Below are positions 24,992 to 34,551 of a stretch of 42,448 nt of DNA, piece by piece; within the stretch, counting starts at the first letter, position 1; every line of letters begins with the position of its first letter. The translations under genes were made by a program, and so were the position numbers. This stretch comes from a virus. Its lineage: Duplodnaviria > Caudoviricetes. The notes under the pieces were generated by a model. It saw only the letters and a list, made by a program, of their open reading frames with translations. It did not search any database and had not been told where the DNA came from. The stretch is from IMG/VR virus record IMGVR_UViG_3300022179_000883, positions 1 through 42,448 of that record. One strand, 5' to 3'.

Positions 24992-25981
24992 CTAGTGGGA
25001 TTTCTTCCTGATACCGGCCAAAATATCGGCCATATCAGCAAACATCTCGCCCTTCGGTTCTGTCGGAGCCTTACGGGACTCAACGGCGCGAACATTGCTG
25101 CTCGTCGCCTTTCTCGCGGCAGTTCCCTGCACCTTCGCCGTTTCCTTGAGTTTCGCAGCGGCTTCTGTCTGAATCCGGTTCAACTCTTTTTGGCGCGTGA
25201 CGGGGTTAGCCCATACCGCTTTCTCGTATGCGTCCTCGAGGCTGTGGCCGGCCTTCAGTAGTGGGATCATGTCTTGACCCACATCGCTGAAATACACGTT
25301 CGCCGCGTCGGACGCAAACGTCTCAATTTCCCGATCTGCCTCAGCTTGGAGGGAGCGTTGCTCCATCTGTTGCCTTTGCGTAATCTGAGATTTAACACCA
25401 TTCAGCTCGTTTTGCAACTTTTGCAACGCCGGATCGACCGGCTGGCCTTCCTGGGCGGATTGCTGTACCAGCCCAATGTCCCGGCCAATCTTCTCGTAAG
25501 CCGCCCTACGCTCCTCCACGGTGCCGCTGGAGAGCCTGTAATGGACGTTCAGGAGCGTCTGGAACGCCTGCTGCTCCGTGACCCCTTGGGATGCCAAAAG
25601 CGCCTTGTAGGGCGCCGCAAGCTCGCGTAGCTCACGGGCGTAGGTGGCGTCACCCTTGTACTGCTCCAACCCGTCGAGGAACTGCTTTTCACGCACCCCG
25701 TAGTATTCCTGAGCGTCGGGCGGAAGCTTGGACCATAGCTCTGCCTTGTCCTTAGACCACGACTTCGGCATCTCGCGGACAACGGGCGCAACCGCTTCCG
25801 GTTCGGCGGCAACCTCTGTCGGCGCTTCTCCTTCATCTGGCGGTGCAACATCAAGATCGAGTTCGTCATCGTTTTCTGGCGCGCTGTCGCCAATCTCGAT
25901 GCCGAGGCCGCTGGCGATCTCGCCAACTGCCGAGTCCATGTCAATTCCGCTGTCGGCGGTGTTCTCAGGATCCATGCTCAT
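24992..25981 (-). CDS. Capsid scaffolding protein
   Basis: Acidic disordered N-terminus, PKSWSK...WSKLPP, LEDAYEKAVWANP; upstream of MCP. Confidence 0.85.
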   Translation of the reverse strand: MSMDPENTADSGIDMDSAVGEIASGLGIEIGDSAPENDDELDLDVAPPDEGEAPTEVAAEPEAVAPVVREMPKSWSKDKAELWSKLPPDAQEYYGVREKQFLDGLEQYKGDATYARELRELAAPYKALLASQGVTEQQAFQTLLNVHYRLSSGTVEERRAAYEKIGRDIGLVQQSAQEGQPVDPALQKLQNELNGVKSQITQRQQMEQRSLQAEADREIETFASDAANVYFSDVGQDMIPLLKAGHSLEDAYEKAVWANPVTRQKELNRIQTEAAAKLKETAKVQGTAARKATSSNVRAVESRKAPTEPKGEMFADMADILAGIRKKSH

Positions 25982-26391
25982 CTCCTTTCAATTGTTGCGT
26001 CCAAACCAGACCGTAGCTCGCCTTCCAGCTTCTCCAGCTTTCGAGCGGGCATTTTCTCGATCATCGCGTCAACGGTCGCGTCAACGCTCTTGTCCAAGGC
26101 TTCTTCCTCGCGCTTGATGCGGCGCTGGTAGTCCTGCTTGATACCAGGGTCGTACTCGCTGCACCCGTTGCGGGCCATGTCCTCTTTCCACGCCTTGCGG
26201 GAGGTGATGGCGCGTCCGTCGATAGGGCTGTCGAAGTTGATCTCTTTTCCGACGTAGCCCATCGGCGGCGTCAGGTAGACGCGAGGAGCCATCAGGCCGC
26301 AGTTGCATCGCTGCGGCAGGGCGCAATCTGCCACTGAGACAACCATGTCGAAAACGTGACCCGCTTCACATTCGTACTCGTACAAAGCCAT
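25978..26391 (-). CDS. FmdB-like Zn-ribbon protein
   Basis: LYEYECEAGHVF...CNCG; SPIDGRAITSR. Confidence 0.75.
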   Translation of the reverse strand: MALYEYECEAGHVFDMVVSVADCALPQRCNCGLMAPRVYLTPPMGYVGKEINFDSPIDGRAITSRKAWKEDMARNGCSEYDPGIKQDYQRRIKREEEALDKSVDATVDAMIEKMPARKLEKLEGELRSGLDATIERR

Positions 26392-26394
26392 GCG

Positions 26395-28935
26395 TCACCT
26401 AATCAATGAGGAGTCAGGCTGAGTCGGGATGGTCAATGCCTCCCTGATTGCCGCCGCCTTTGCTTCGTTGTCCCATGCCGTCAATACGTCGACCCACCTC
26501 GCCCTACCGCGGTAGATGCCAATGGGCTGAACGTAGTAACTGGAGGTCGGCCCGGTATCGAGGCGCTGGACAATCAGGATGCCTTTTAAGTCCTCGCCAG
26601 GATCGAGCAAGTTTTGCAAGTCCTCATCCGTGCCAATGATGCCGCCGCCCTGTGAGACGGAAAGGGCAACGTCAGTAAGAACCGAGACGATAGTTCCCGC
26701 AGGGGGCGACTGACTTAGGATGGTGCCGATAACGCTTGAGCTGTAGGCGTAGGTGATCGGAGTCGCAGTCAGCGCGTCCTCGCCGTCGATCTCGCCAGCG
26801 TTCGAGAGGGCCGTTAGGGCGGCGCCGATGTCGAGTCCGACAACAGAAGGAACGGTGATTTGAGGCGCAGTAGCCTGTACGGTGATGGTCGCGGCATTGC
26901 TGTCAGCAGACTGCCCGCCAGCAGTCGCCGTTACTTTGAAGGCACCTATGACGCCAACAGCCGTTGGAATCCCCGACAGAACGCCAGCGCTGCTTAACGC
27001 CAAGCCGGTCGGCAATGAGGGGTCGAGAGTGGAGTACGTCGCAGGAACAGCAACCGTCGCCGGCTTCAGCGACAACATGATGACGGAGCTGTAGTTGGCA
27101 GTTCCGCCAGTCACGCTGATATTTCCAGAAGCCACGTCAGTCGCTGTGGTCTGGATCCAACGCTGCGAGGTAGCCGACACATCTACGGAGGCCGCATCGT
27201 AGGAATAGCCCACCGTCTCGGTGAAATTCGATATAGGCGCAACCGAGGTCCATGTCGTCTTTTTGCGGGCCGAAACCAGCACTACCGACCTTGCTGTCGG
27301 CACGGATAGCACAGGGTAGGCAACGTCCGAAGCCGCCGCATTGGACTGAGACGACGAACTGACGATGACGGATGCCAAGTCAGTGTCAAGCCCACGGTAA
27401 GCCTCGATGAAGCCGATGGCGTGTTCCGCGCTGCTCCATGAGGCTACCGCGTCATCGGCTGACGTATTCGTTGCCGCTCTGAGGTAGACGCGGTGGCCGG
27501 TATTGGGCCAGCTTATAGTTGGCAGCGTCCATCCGGAAGGCGTGCTTTGAGTATCCTGAGCGACGGCGCAGACGACGTGCAAAACAAGAACGTCTCCAGC
27601 AGCGCGAGTGGGCGCAGCGATGGAAAGCGGAAACCCTCCTGTAGCTACCGCCCCGACGCCAACAAAGGACGGATCAGCGACCGACGACGCCTGCGTCGTG
27701 AACCGCGTAGAGAAGTCAATCGGCGTGATCGGGACATTTTGCTGGAACGTCAATTCAAGGTCATTCAGGAGCGGCCCGATGAACGTCGGTCCTTGAGACT
27801 GGAACGTCTGCGTTCCGGTTGGACCCCACCCATAGGACGAGTAGAGCTTTGCGCTGATGCTTGTGAGTGCTTCTGGGACTTTGATCGATCCGTCATCGCG
27901 CAGCGTTACGTTGCTGGCATCAGCGACGCCAACGGGATTGAACACGTAGAACTGATCCCCGATCACCGCATCAGCGGTTGCCGTCATTCTCACGCTCGCA
28001 TCAGCAAGAGACACAAGCGTTGTCGCCTTTGCCGATACCGGAGCGGCAATGGAAAATGACGATGATTCATCAGACTCGTCTCCGCCGCTTGGAGTGACGG
28101 TAACGGTGTAGCCAGAGCCGATGGTGCCGATGTTAGGCACGCCAGGGCACGTCACAGTCAACGAGGTCGTGCTGTGCGATGTGACCGTGCAGCTATAGTT
28201 GATGCCCTGCGACGCCTTCTTCAGCGTGACGACGTTGCTGGAGGCATTGAATCCAGTGCCAGTGATCGTGAAGCTCGACTCTGCCGTGACGGAGGAAACT
28301 CCAGTAATAACTGCTGCGCCGCCGCGCAGTGCAATGGTCATCGTCCGCCACGTACCGGATACAACGCTGTCAGCGAGAGTTCCGGCAGACAGGTCCGCCG
28401 CGCTGGTCTGGATCTTCGTTTGCAGGTGCAGCGTGCCAAAGCCGCCGATGCTCGACATATTCTGCGTGATCTGCTGCGTGAATCCGGAGACTGTCGAGAA
28501 AGTGCAGTCGTCGTTACGCTGCGAGATCAGCAGGATAATCGAGTCGTTGTCAGGGATGTTCAGGCCATTGAAGGACTGGTCATCAGCGGTTCCAACCGTA
28601 GTATCCGCATCGATGACGATATTTGTCAGCGTTGCATCTTGGTCTAGGCCGCGAATCACGCACAGCAGCGCTGCGTTGTAGTCGTCGCTGGCGAATGTGA
28701 CTGAGGTAGTCGTTTCGCTGCCATCCAGCTTTTTCAGGTAAGCCCTGAAGTGCGTGTAGGGAGCGTATATGCTGGTAAACCCGGTCGGCGTGTTCACCGT
28801 CTGCGCAGAGTTGCGGACCCATCCGACAATCAGTGCGTGATCGTTCGCCGCCTCGCCCGTAATGGAGCCGAGGTCCAAGCTAAGCGAGGCCGTGCCAACC
28901 GTCGAAATTGGGGTGCCGACAATGGAAGCCGTCAT
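26395..28935 (-). CDS. Large multidomain virion protein (two beta-sandwich repeats, IPT/TIG-like, He_PIG-like Ig, PASTA)
   Basis: Ser/Thr-rich; FTITGTGF (IPT); LPTGLALSSAGVLSGIPT (He_PIG); VPSVVGL...GTILSQSPPAGTIV (PASTA). Start at ATG 28935 (ATGA overlap). Confidence 0.75.
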   Translation of the reverse strand: MTASIVGTPISTVGTASLSLDLGSITGEAANDHALIVGWVRNSAQTVNTPTGFTSIYAPYTHFRAYLKKLDGSETTTSVTFASDDYNAALLCVIRGLDQDATLTNIVIDADTTVGTADDQSFNGLNIPDNDSIILLISQRNDDCTFSTVSGFTQQITQNMSSIGGFGTLHLQTKIQTSAADLSAGTLADSVVSGTWRTMTIALRGGAAVITGVSSVTAESSFTITGTGFNASSNVVTLKKASQGINYSCTVTSHSTTSLTVTCPGVPNIGTIGSGYTVTVTPSGGDESDESSSFSIAAPVSAKATTLVSLADASVRMTATADAVIGDQFYVFNPVGVADASNVTLRDDGSIKVPEALTSISAKLYSSYGWGPTGTQTFQSQGPTFIGPLLNDLELTFQQNVPITPIDFSTRFTTQASSVADPSFVGVGAVATGGFPLSIAAPTRAAGDVLVLHVVCAVAQDTQSTPSGWTLPTISWPNTGHRVYLRAATNTSADDAVASWSSAEHAIGFIEAYRGLDTDLASVIVSSSSQSNAAASDVAYPVLSVPTARSVVLVSARKKTTWTSVAPISNFTETVGYSYDAASVDVSATSQRWIQTTATDVASGNISVTGGTANYSSVIMLSLKPATVAVPATYSTLDPSLPTGLALSSAGVLSGIPTAVGVIGAFKVTATAGGQSADSNAATITVQATAPQITVPSVVGLDIGAALTALSNAGEIDGEDALTATPITYAYSSSVIGTILSQSPPAGTIVSVLTDVALSVSQGGGIIGTDEDLQNLLDPGEDLKGILIVQRLDTGPTSSYYVQPIGIYRGRARWVDVLTAWDNEAKAAAIREALTIPTQPDSSLIR

Positions 28936-30878
28936 GCGTACACCTTCACGCCCCAATGCGGGTTATACCCGGTCGCACCGAGCGCGGGATTTCCGGCCCA
29001 CCAGATGCCTGCGCCACTAGCCACTGTGACGGGAGCGCCGCCAAAGCCGATGACGCCAGTGCTGCGGTCAAAGCTGGTTATTTGCCGTTCGACGTATCCG
29101 GAGTTCGTCTCTATGCGGATGTAGTCTGACTGCTCAGCGAATTCTGTCAGCGTACCAGCGTCATCGAACCATTCTGGAGCATGGTAGAAGCAGAACGGAT
29201 GCGCGACCGTAACCGTGTTTCCAGCGGTCGTTGTCGTCGTCGTGTAGGTCTCAGGGATTGCGGCGTTGTAGCCGAGACTTCCTGATTGAAGCACAAGGCC
29301 AGCCCATGTCTCGGACTCGTCGTCAGCGTAGGTGATGGTTCCGACGGCGTTGTTCAGCAGGTTCGCTGGCAACGATGTCGAGTCCTCGATGTCGAACGTT
29401 CCTTCTGAGCAGAATACTTGGCGAGACGTTGCTGGCTGACCTGACGCAAACTCAAATCCATTGGCCCATATCTCGGTTCCACGGAACCAATTCGAGAAGT
29501 CGGTACCAGACAGTGAATACCCCTGTCCCCAATAGATGACGTAAGGACGCCACTCGTCGGTCTTTGTGTTCGCTGACAAGTTGTTCTTGATGATGAAGTT
29601 GCGCCCGTTCTGCCTGCTGGCAGTCGCCGGATTCACCGTGTCGTAGAACTCGGAATAGAACAGGAATCCGTCGAAATTCCAATAGCTGTTGTGGTAGAGC
29701 GCGTTATCGCCGCTGCAAAAGATCGTCAGGTTTCCAATAGCAAACAACTGCCCCATGAGGTGCGCGCGGCCATGCTCGCTGGTTTGGCTCCAGCAGGCGT
29801 TGTTCCTGCCAATGATGCCGGTGCCTTCTAGCTTGAACACCATGTCCTGACCGTACTCATCGCCATTGGCAATGCCGTGGTATTCGTTGTTTTCGACAAG
29901 ATTTGGCCCAACAAGCGTTGGCTCGGTACTGGAAGGATTCCACCACTTCTTGCCGTTCGGGCTGCAAAGCATTGCCCTTGCGCCTGGCTGCGAAGTTCCG
30001 TAGCCGCGCCAGTCAGCGTCAAAGTAGCAACTACGAGTGATTTGAAACGGACCCATCATCGAAAGCGTGTCGTGACCTCCACGAATTAACCGTGCGTCAT
30101 GAATGATGCATCGCTGCCCCAAATTCTGTAGCAACTCCCCGTAGTCAAATCCGTCATCCGGATTATCGACATTGCAACCAGCCAGCTCCGCATTGAAGTA
30201 CGCGAGCGTGAAGTATTTGCAGTCGCGAGTGATCTGCGACATCTCGTAGTCGTTGGCGCCTGGCATGTCGAATCCCTGCATCCGGAAATACATGGATGCG
30301 CCAGTGACGTATATCTGCTTGTCGTTGAAGAAAGTGTCGCCCTTGGATCTTGTGACGGCGCTCGGCGGAGTCCACTCGCCGCGATTGCCAAAGTAGAAAC
30401 CGGGATTCAGCGGATCAGTTCCGCCATCCAGCTTCCAGTACAGAGATGCGCTTGAGTAGAAAGCAAACCGATCGCCAGCAGCGCGGTCTGATGCCTTCAG
30501 CCGCACCTTGTCGCCACTGCGGACGCGGATAGTCAGCGCGTTGGCCCACGAACCCGCATTCACACCAACAATCCGGATGCCCTCCTGATACTCGTACAGG
30601 ACGCCAGGTACCGGGCTTTGGATCTCAAGCACAAGCGGAGCGGATCCTAATGATCCATGCGCAACAATGGCTGCAATTCCGTCCGCAATGGTGTTCTTGA
30701 TCGTCGCCGTTGGCGACAATGACGGATTCACGGTGATCGTGGCAGCAGTAGAAGGCGGCGTCGAGGCGTAACTTGGATTGGTGTCCCTATACCCTGCGCT
30801 CGCTGTCAGACTCCACGTTTTGGAAATTACTGACTTTGCTTCTGTGCTGCCAGCCGTGAATAGTACCGTCAGCAGCAT
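28932..30878 (-). CDS. Right-handed beta-helix (pectate-lyase-like / depolymerase) protein
   Basis: TIADGIAA cap; repeated Asn ladders LVENNEY, IGRNNA, LYHNSY, IIKNNL, IWANG. Confidence 0.7.
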   Translation of the reverse strand: MLLTVLFTAGSTEAKSVISKTWSLTASAGYRDTNPSYASTPPSTAATITVNPSLSPTATIKNTIADGIAAIVAHGSLGSAPLVLEIQSPVPGVLYEYQEGIRIVGVNAGSWANALTIRVRSGDKVRLKASDRAAGDRFAFYSSASLYWKLDGGTDPLNPGFYFGNRGEWTPPSAVTRSKGDTFFNDKQIYVTGASMYFRMQGFDMPGANDYEMSQITRDCKYFTLAYFNAELAGCNVDNPDDGFDYGELLQNLGQRCIIHDARLIRGGHDTLSMMGPFQITRSCYFDADWRGYGTSQPGARAMLCSPNGKKWWNPSSTEPTLVGPNLVENNEYHGIANGDEYGQDMVFKLEGTGIIGRNNACWSQTSEHGRAHLMGQLFAIGNLTIFCSGDNALYHNSYWNFDGFLFYSEFYDTVNPATASRQNGRNFIIKNNLSANTKTDEWRPYVIYWGQGYSLSGTDFSNWFRGTEIWANGFEFASGQPATSRQVFCSEGTFDIEDSTSLPANLLNNAVGTITYADDESETWAGLVLQSGSLGYNAAIPETYTTTTTTAGNTVTVAHPFCFYHAPEWFDDAGTLTEFAEQSDYIRIETNSGYVERQITSFDRSTGVIGFGGAPVTVASGAGIWWAGNPALGATGYNPHWGVKVYA

Positions 30879-31582
30879 TAGCCAACTCCGAGCAGCGTCA
30901 ATGACCTTCGTGTAGAGCCACCGCCGCCGCCCGCTGCCGGGATTGCAACCACATAGCCATTGAAGCCTGTATTGCCAGAACCAGATGCTCGCGTCGCGGT
31001 GGCAGTAAGCGTTCCGGTTGCACCAGTCTGATTATCAGCCGTCCATAGCGAGCCAAGCACCCACGTCGTATCCGTCTCGGTGTCGTATCGCTCTGTGTAT
31101 CCGCCCAATCCACTGACGCCCCACAAGCCATTGAGGGATGTTTTATCAAGCGATGCGAACCACGCCACGTCCGCGTTTGCCGGAGCCGTCACGCCGGCAA
31201 GCGCAACTGAAACGGGCGTCGCGTTGCTGTTCGTATCGTTTGTTGGCTGAAAGACCGCCGCATCGGTCGCGTGACGCCCTGAGAAAGCCACGACGATGAC
31301 AAGGCCATACCCGGTCGTATTCGAGTCCCAGTCGTAGGTCTCGCTGCCAGTCGCGCTCTTGACCTCAAACAGCTCTGCCGTTTCGCCGTCAGGCGCAGCA
31401 GAACTGATCTTGTCAAGAGATACCCATGATCCAGTCGTCGGCAAAGTGAAGTTGTTGCCCGCTACGTCTTGCACAACGTAAGCAAGCAATCGATCTCCAG
31501 CAGTCAGTCCAGCGGGAGCAGATCCCGCAATGGCTGTTCCTGAGTTTGTCTTTGGCGTCGCGGTGTGGGAACGGTATGCCAT
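30878..31582 (-). CDS. Beta-sandwich virion protein with C-terminal GGGGG-STRRSLTLLGVG tail
   Basis: PAGLTAGDRLLAYV domain shared with 26395-28935. Confidence 0.7.
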   Translation of the reverse strand: MAYRSHTATPKTNSGTAIAGSAPAGLTAGDRLLAYVVQDVAGNNFTLPTTGSWVSLDKISSAAPDGETAELFEVKSATGSETYDWDSNTTGYGLVIVVAFSGRHATDAAVFQPTNDTNSNATPVSVALAGVTAPANADVAWFASLDKTSLNGLWGVSGLGGYTERYDTETDTTWVLGSLWTADNQTGATGTLTATATRASGSGNTGFNGYVVAIPAAGGGGGSTRRSLTLLGVG

Positions 31583-32700
31583 TATCGGTCCAGCGTAGTC
31601 GAGAGGTACATCGAGTCAATGTACCGATTGAGGGTGACGCCAGTCGGATAGCCGTTCGTGGCGCTTGAGATATTTCCGCCAAACCACATCGACTGGAAGC
31701 CGGCAGGGCCGCTTGGGTTGCCGCTTCCGTTGGCTGTCGAGCGCCACGACACCACCTGGTCAATGACGATCTGATCGTCGATCCAGCACTGGAGAATACC
31801 GTCACCAGCGTCAACAGCCGAGTCCATGACCATCCACGTCTCGAACTTGTACCAGTAGCCTTCCCGTAGGTACGGCAGGCCGTTGGCAAAGAGCGTGCTC
31901 GGGGAATACTGCACAACGCGGTCGTTGTTGCCGAGCGCGTGATTCAGACCCCACACATAAAGCGCGTCGGGGTCGCCGCCATCTACCCCGTACCGCTGCC
32001 AGATGAACTTCTCCGACATGTAAGCGTCGTCGACTGAGGTCCACGTTGGTTGCGAGAAGAACCGAGAAGTCTTGAGGCCGACAGGCCAATTGCCTTCCCA
32101 TCCGCCCGTGTACATCTCATGCTTGCGAGTGAACAGCGTTGGCGTAAGCGTGAATGCAGGCGGCTTCAGTGTTGCCTGCGACTCATCTTGCGTGTAGGTA
32201 ACCAGCACGCACTTGCTCTGCCCGCCAGGGCGGGTGACGGTGCTTTGCACTTCCGCGTCGCCACCACTGGCCCGGTTCACGTCTACCAGCGTTCCAGACG
32301 AGACCAACGTGTTGCCATTCGCCAGCAGGCCGATGTTCGGATTGAAGAATACGCCAGAGCCGGACCCCGCCAGCGTAGTTGCACTGAACCCATCGCTCAC
32401 GCCGCCGATCGTTACCGTTGCAGTCACTGCGGTAGAGTTGCTTCCGCTTGAAGTGACTCTGGCACGAACGGTGTCACCGTTGTTTACTGTTCCAGATGAC
32501 GTAGTAAACGATCCAGAGCCGTTGATGTCATAGGATCCGCCGCTGACCGAGATGGTCGCGGCTGCGGTGATGCCAGATACCGTAATGGCGGCGCTGGTGA
32601 TGGTCGATGACAGCGCAACGCCTGTCTGATCCGTAAATGTGAACGCATCAGGCGTCGTATCCGCCGCAACAGCCGAGCTTCTGATGATGAGAACAGCCAT
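31582..32700 (-). CDS. Ig-like domain plus ConA/polysaccharide-lyase-like jelly-roll protein
   Basis: DTTPDAFTFTDQ Ig-like module; GYWYKFETWM...DGILQCWIDD...YIDSMYLST. Start at ATG 32700 (TAATG overlap). Confidence 0.7.
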   Translation of the reverse strand: MAVLIIRSSAVAADTTPDAFTFTDQTGVALSSTITSAAITVSGITAAATISVSGGSYDINGSGSFTTSSGTVNNGDTVRARVTSSGSNSTAVTATVTIGGVSDGFSATTLAGSGSGVFFNPNIGLLANGNTLVSSGTLVDVNRASGGDAEVQSTVTRPGGQSKCVLVTYTQDESQATLKPPAFTLTPTLFTRKHEMYTGGWEGNWPVGLKTSRFFSQPTWTSVDDAYMSEKFIWQRYGVDGGDPDALYVWGLNHALGNNDRVVQYSPSTLFANGLPYLREGYWYKFETWMVMDSAVDAGDGILQCWIDDQIVIDQVVSWRSTANGSGNPSGPAGFQSMWFGGNISSATNGYPTGVTLNRYIDSMYLSTTLDR

Positions 32701-33020
32701 TACGACACCACCACGGTCACGCCCGTTCCGGGCTTCGGCGCAGCCAGCACTGGCACCGGAACGACAAACGGCGTATCGACGACGGTCGATGACCGCGCCG
32801 GATTTTGCGTATCGAACCACTGCAATCTGACGACGTAATTTCCGGGGGAATTCAATAAGGCCGTGTTGATCGTTGTCGTGACCTGAGCGGCGGGAATGTC
32901 CGCGATCTGAGTGAATGCTCCACCGTTGAATGACAGTGATGCGCGAGTGAACGCCAGTGCAAGCGCGGTGTTGTCCGTCCGCTGCGTGGGGTTCGTCCAA
33001 CCAACCTGTGCCTGTGCCAT
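32700..33020 (-). CDS. Single fibronectin-type-III-like domain protein
   Basis: VGWTNPTQRTDNTAL...PGNYVVRLQWFD; AGGAG RBS before ATG 33020. Confidence 0.7.
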   Translation of the reverse strand: MAQAQVGWTNPTQRTDNTALALAFTRASLSFNGGAFTQIADIPAAQVTTTINTALLNSPGNYVVRLQWFDTQNPARSSTVVDTPFVVPVPVLAAPKPGTGVTVVVS

Positions 33021-33065
33021 ATAAACTCCTGTGCCCCGTTTTGGTCTTGCGAGCCGAGCCACCTA

Positions 33066-34550
33066 CTAAGCGCCTACGTAGCCCTGCAAATTCACCAGCA
33101 CGCCAGCGGTGCCGGTCGCCGTGACCTCTGCAATCTCAATCAACGTGTTTGCCGTTCCCCTGAGCGGGACAGGGAACTCAATCGCGTAGCCGCCACCCGT
33201 GAACTGCGCCCATCCGCGATGCAGCACCGTTCCGGCTGCTCCGTCTCGAATCACGACTTCAGTTCCGATAGTCTGGTGAGAGTTGATGACCTGGATGCTG
33301 GTCACGTAGTTGCGAAGCCCGGCACCCGCAGCAGCCTTTGCTGTCACTCCGGTCGTCGTTACCAGTCCGCCAGCGGGAGCCGCGTACGACCAGCTATTCG
33401 CCTCCGACTCGTAAGGCTGCATGATCTGCTTGCGATTCAGCGTCATGCGGGCCGCGCCGCCGTCACCTTCGTCCACGCTGTCAGTCGAAGTATCGTCCGC
33501 AAGGTATCCGCTTACCGTGACTCGCGTTGTTGCGGGAGTGAACGCGGCGTCATCTGCAATCTGACCTTGAGATGCCATCGTCACGGCAATCTGACCAGAC
33601 GAGTCGATGTTGAGGCCACGCTCATTGCCAGCAGCATCGCGAATCGTCGTGTAGAGATTGCGGTTTGCTGACATGCGGACCATGCCGCCGTCGCCTTCGT
33701 TTACCGAGTCAGGAGACGTGTCATCGAAGGTCGCGCCAAACATCACGACTTCAGTCGTGCCTGGAGTGACCGCGGCGTCATCAACAACGCCTGAAACGCC
33801 ACCAGAGGCCACATTGACGCGAACTGCGCCACCCGTAGTCAGCGACAGTGCGCCTGTATTTCCGTTGGTCAATGTCGGCGCGGAAGTCTCGACAACGCCA
33901 GCGATGGGGGTAACTGAGGTCGTTGCGCGAGTGAAAGCCGCTGCATCTGCAATCGATGTACCGCCCGATCCGGCACCCGACGTGATGGCGACCTTAAGTG
34001 AACCTGCCGCGTTCACCTGGAGCGGAGCGTAATCACCCGTCGTATCGGCAAGCGTCGTGTCTGCATCGCGTCTGACGGCAAGCGCCATGACGCCTGTGTC
34101 ACCGGAGGTGTGCGCCGCGTCCTCCGCTTTGCCAAGACTCGTTGCGCCAGTGCCGGGAATGACGCTGGTCACGTCCACGTCGCCAATGTCAACGCCGGTA
34201 TTTGCGGCCAGTTTACCGATGGCGTTCGTGCCAGCGGGAAGCGCGTTCGTGATTGCCGTGACCGCGCCAACCGTGGTGACGGTTGCGATTGTCTGTGCGG
34301 CTGCGATGTTGACCGTGCCGATGACCTTTGTGGTCTCAGCGGCGAGCGTTGCATTAGCCGTTACCGTACCGTCTACGGTAATCGAGCCGCCCGCATCGCT
34401 AATGGGTAAGGGGTTTGACGTACTGCAATCTGCGGCAACGCCATCAGCGCCAATGCTGATCTTGACTCGCTGATGCTTGACGCCACCGACATCATCGGAC
34501 GCGATTGTGTCTCCACCGGTACCCGCGCCAATGGTTGTATTGTCAGCCAT
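33066..34550 (-). CDS. Fibre-like protein with internal repeats and C-terminal jelly-roll
   Basis: Repeated (A/V)DDAA(F/V)T..T...DD...DSV.EGDGG..RM..NR units; N-terminus shared with 37141-37605. Confidence 0.75.
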   Translation of the reverse strand: MADNTTIGAGTGGDTIASDDVGGVKHQRVKISIGADGVAADCSTSNPLPISDAGGSITVDGTVTANATLAAETTKVIGTVNIAAAQTIATVTTVGAVTAITNALPAGTNAIGKLAANTGVDIGDVDVTSVIPGTGATSLGKAEDAAHTSGDTGVMALAVRRDADTTLADTTGDYAPLQVNAAGSLKVAITSGAGSGGTSIADAAAFTRATTSVTPIAGVVETSAPTLTNGNTGALSLTTGGAVRVNVASGGVSGVVDDAAVTPGTTEVVMFGATFDDTSPDSVNEGDGGMVRMSANRNLYTTIRDAAGNERGLNIDSSGQIAVTMASQGQIADDAAFTPATTRVTVSGYLADDTSTDSVDEGDGGAARMTLNRKQIMQPYESEANSWSYAAPAGGLVTTTGVTAKAAAGAGLRNYVTSIQVINSHQTIGTEVVIRDGAAGTVLHRGWAQFTGGGYAIEFPVPLRGTANTLIEIAEVTATGTAGVLVNLQGYVGA

Positions 34551-34551
34551 T

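Noticed and set aside
32701-33000. N-terminal extension of the 472-aa ORF in the track
   Set aside because: Overlaps the FN3-like gene; ATG 32700 with TAATG coupling is the better start
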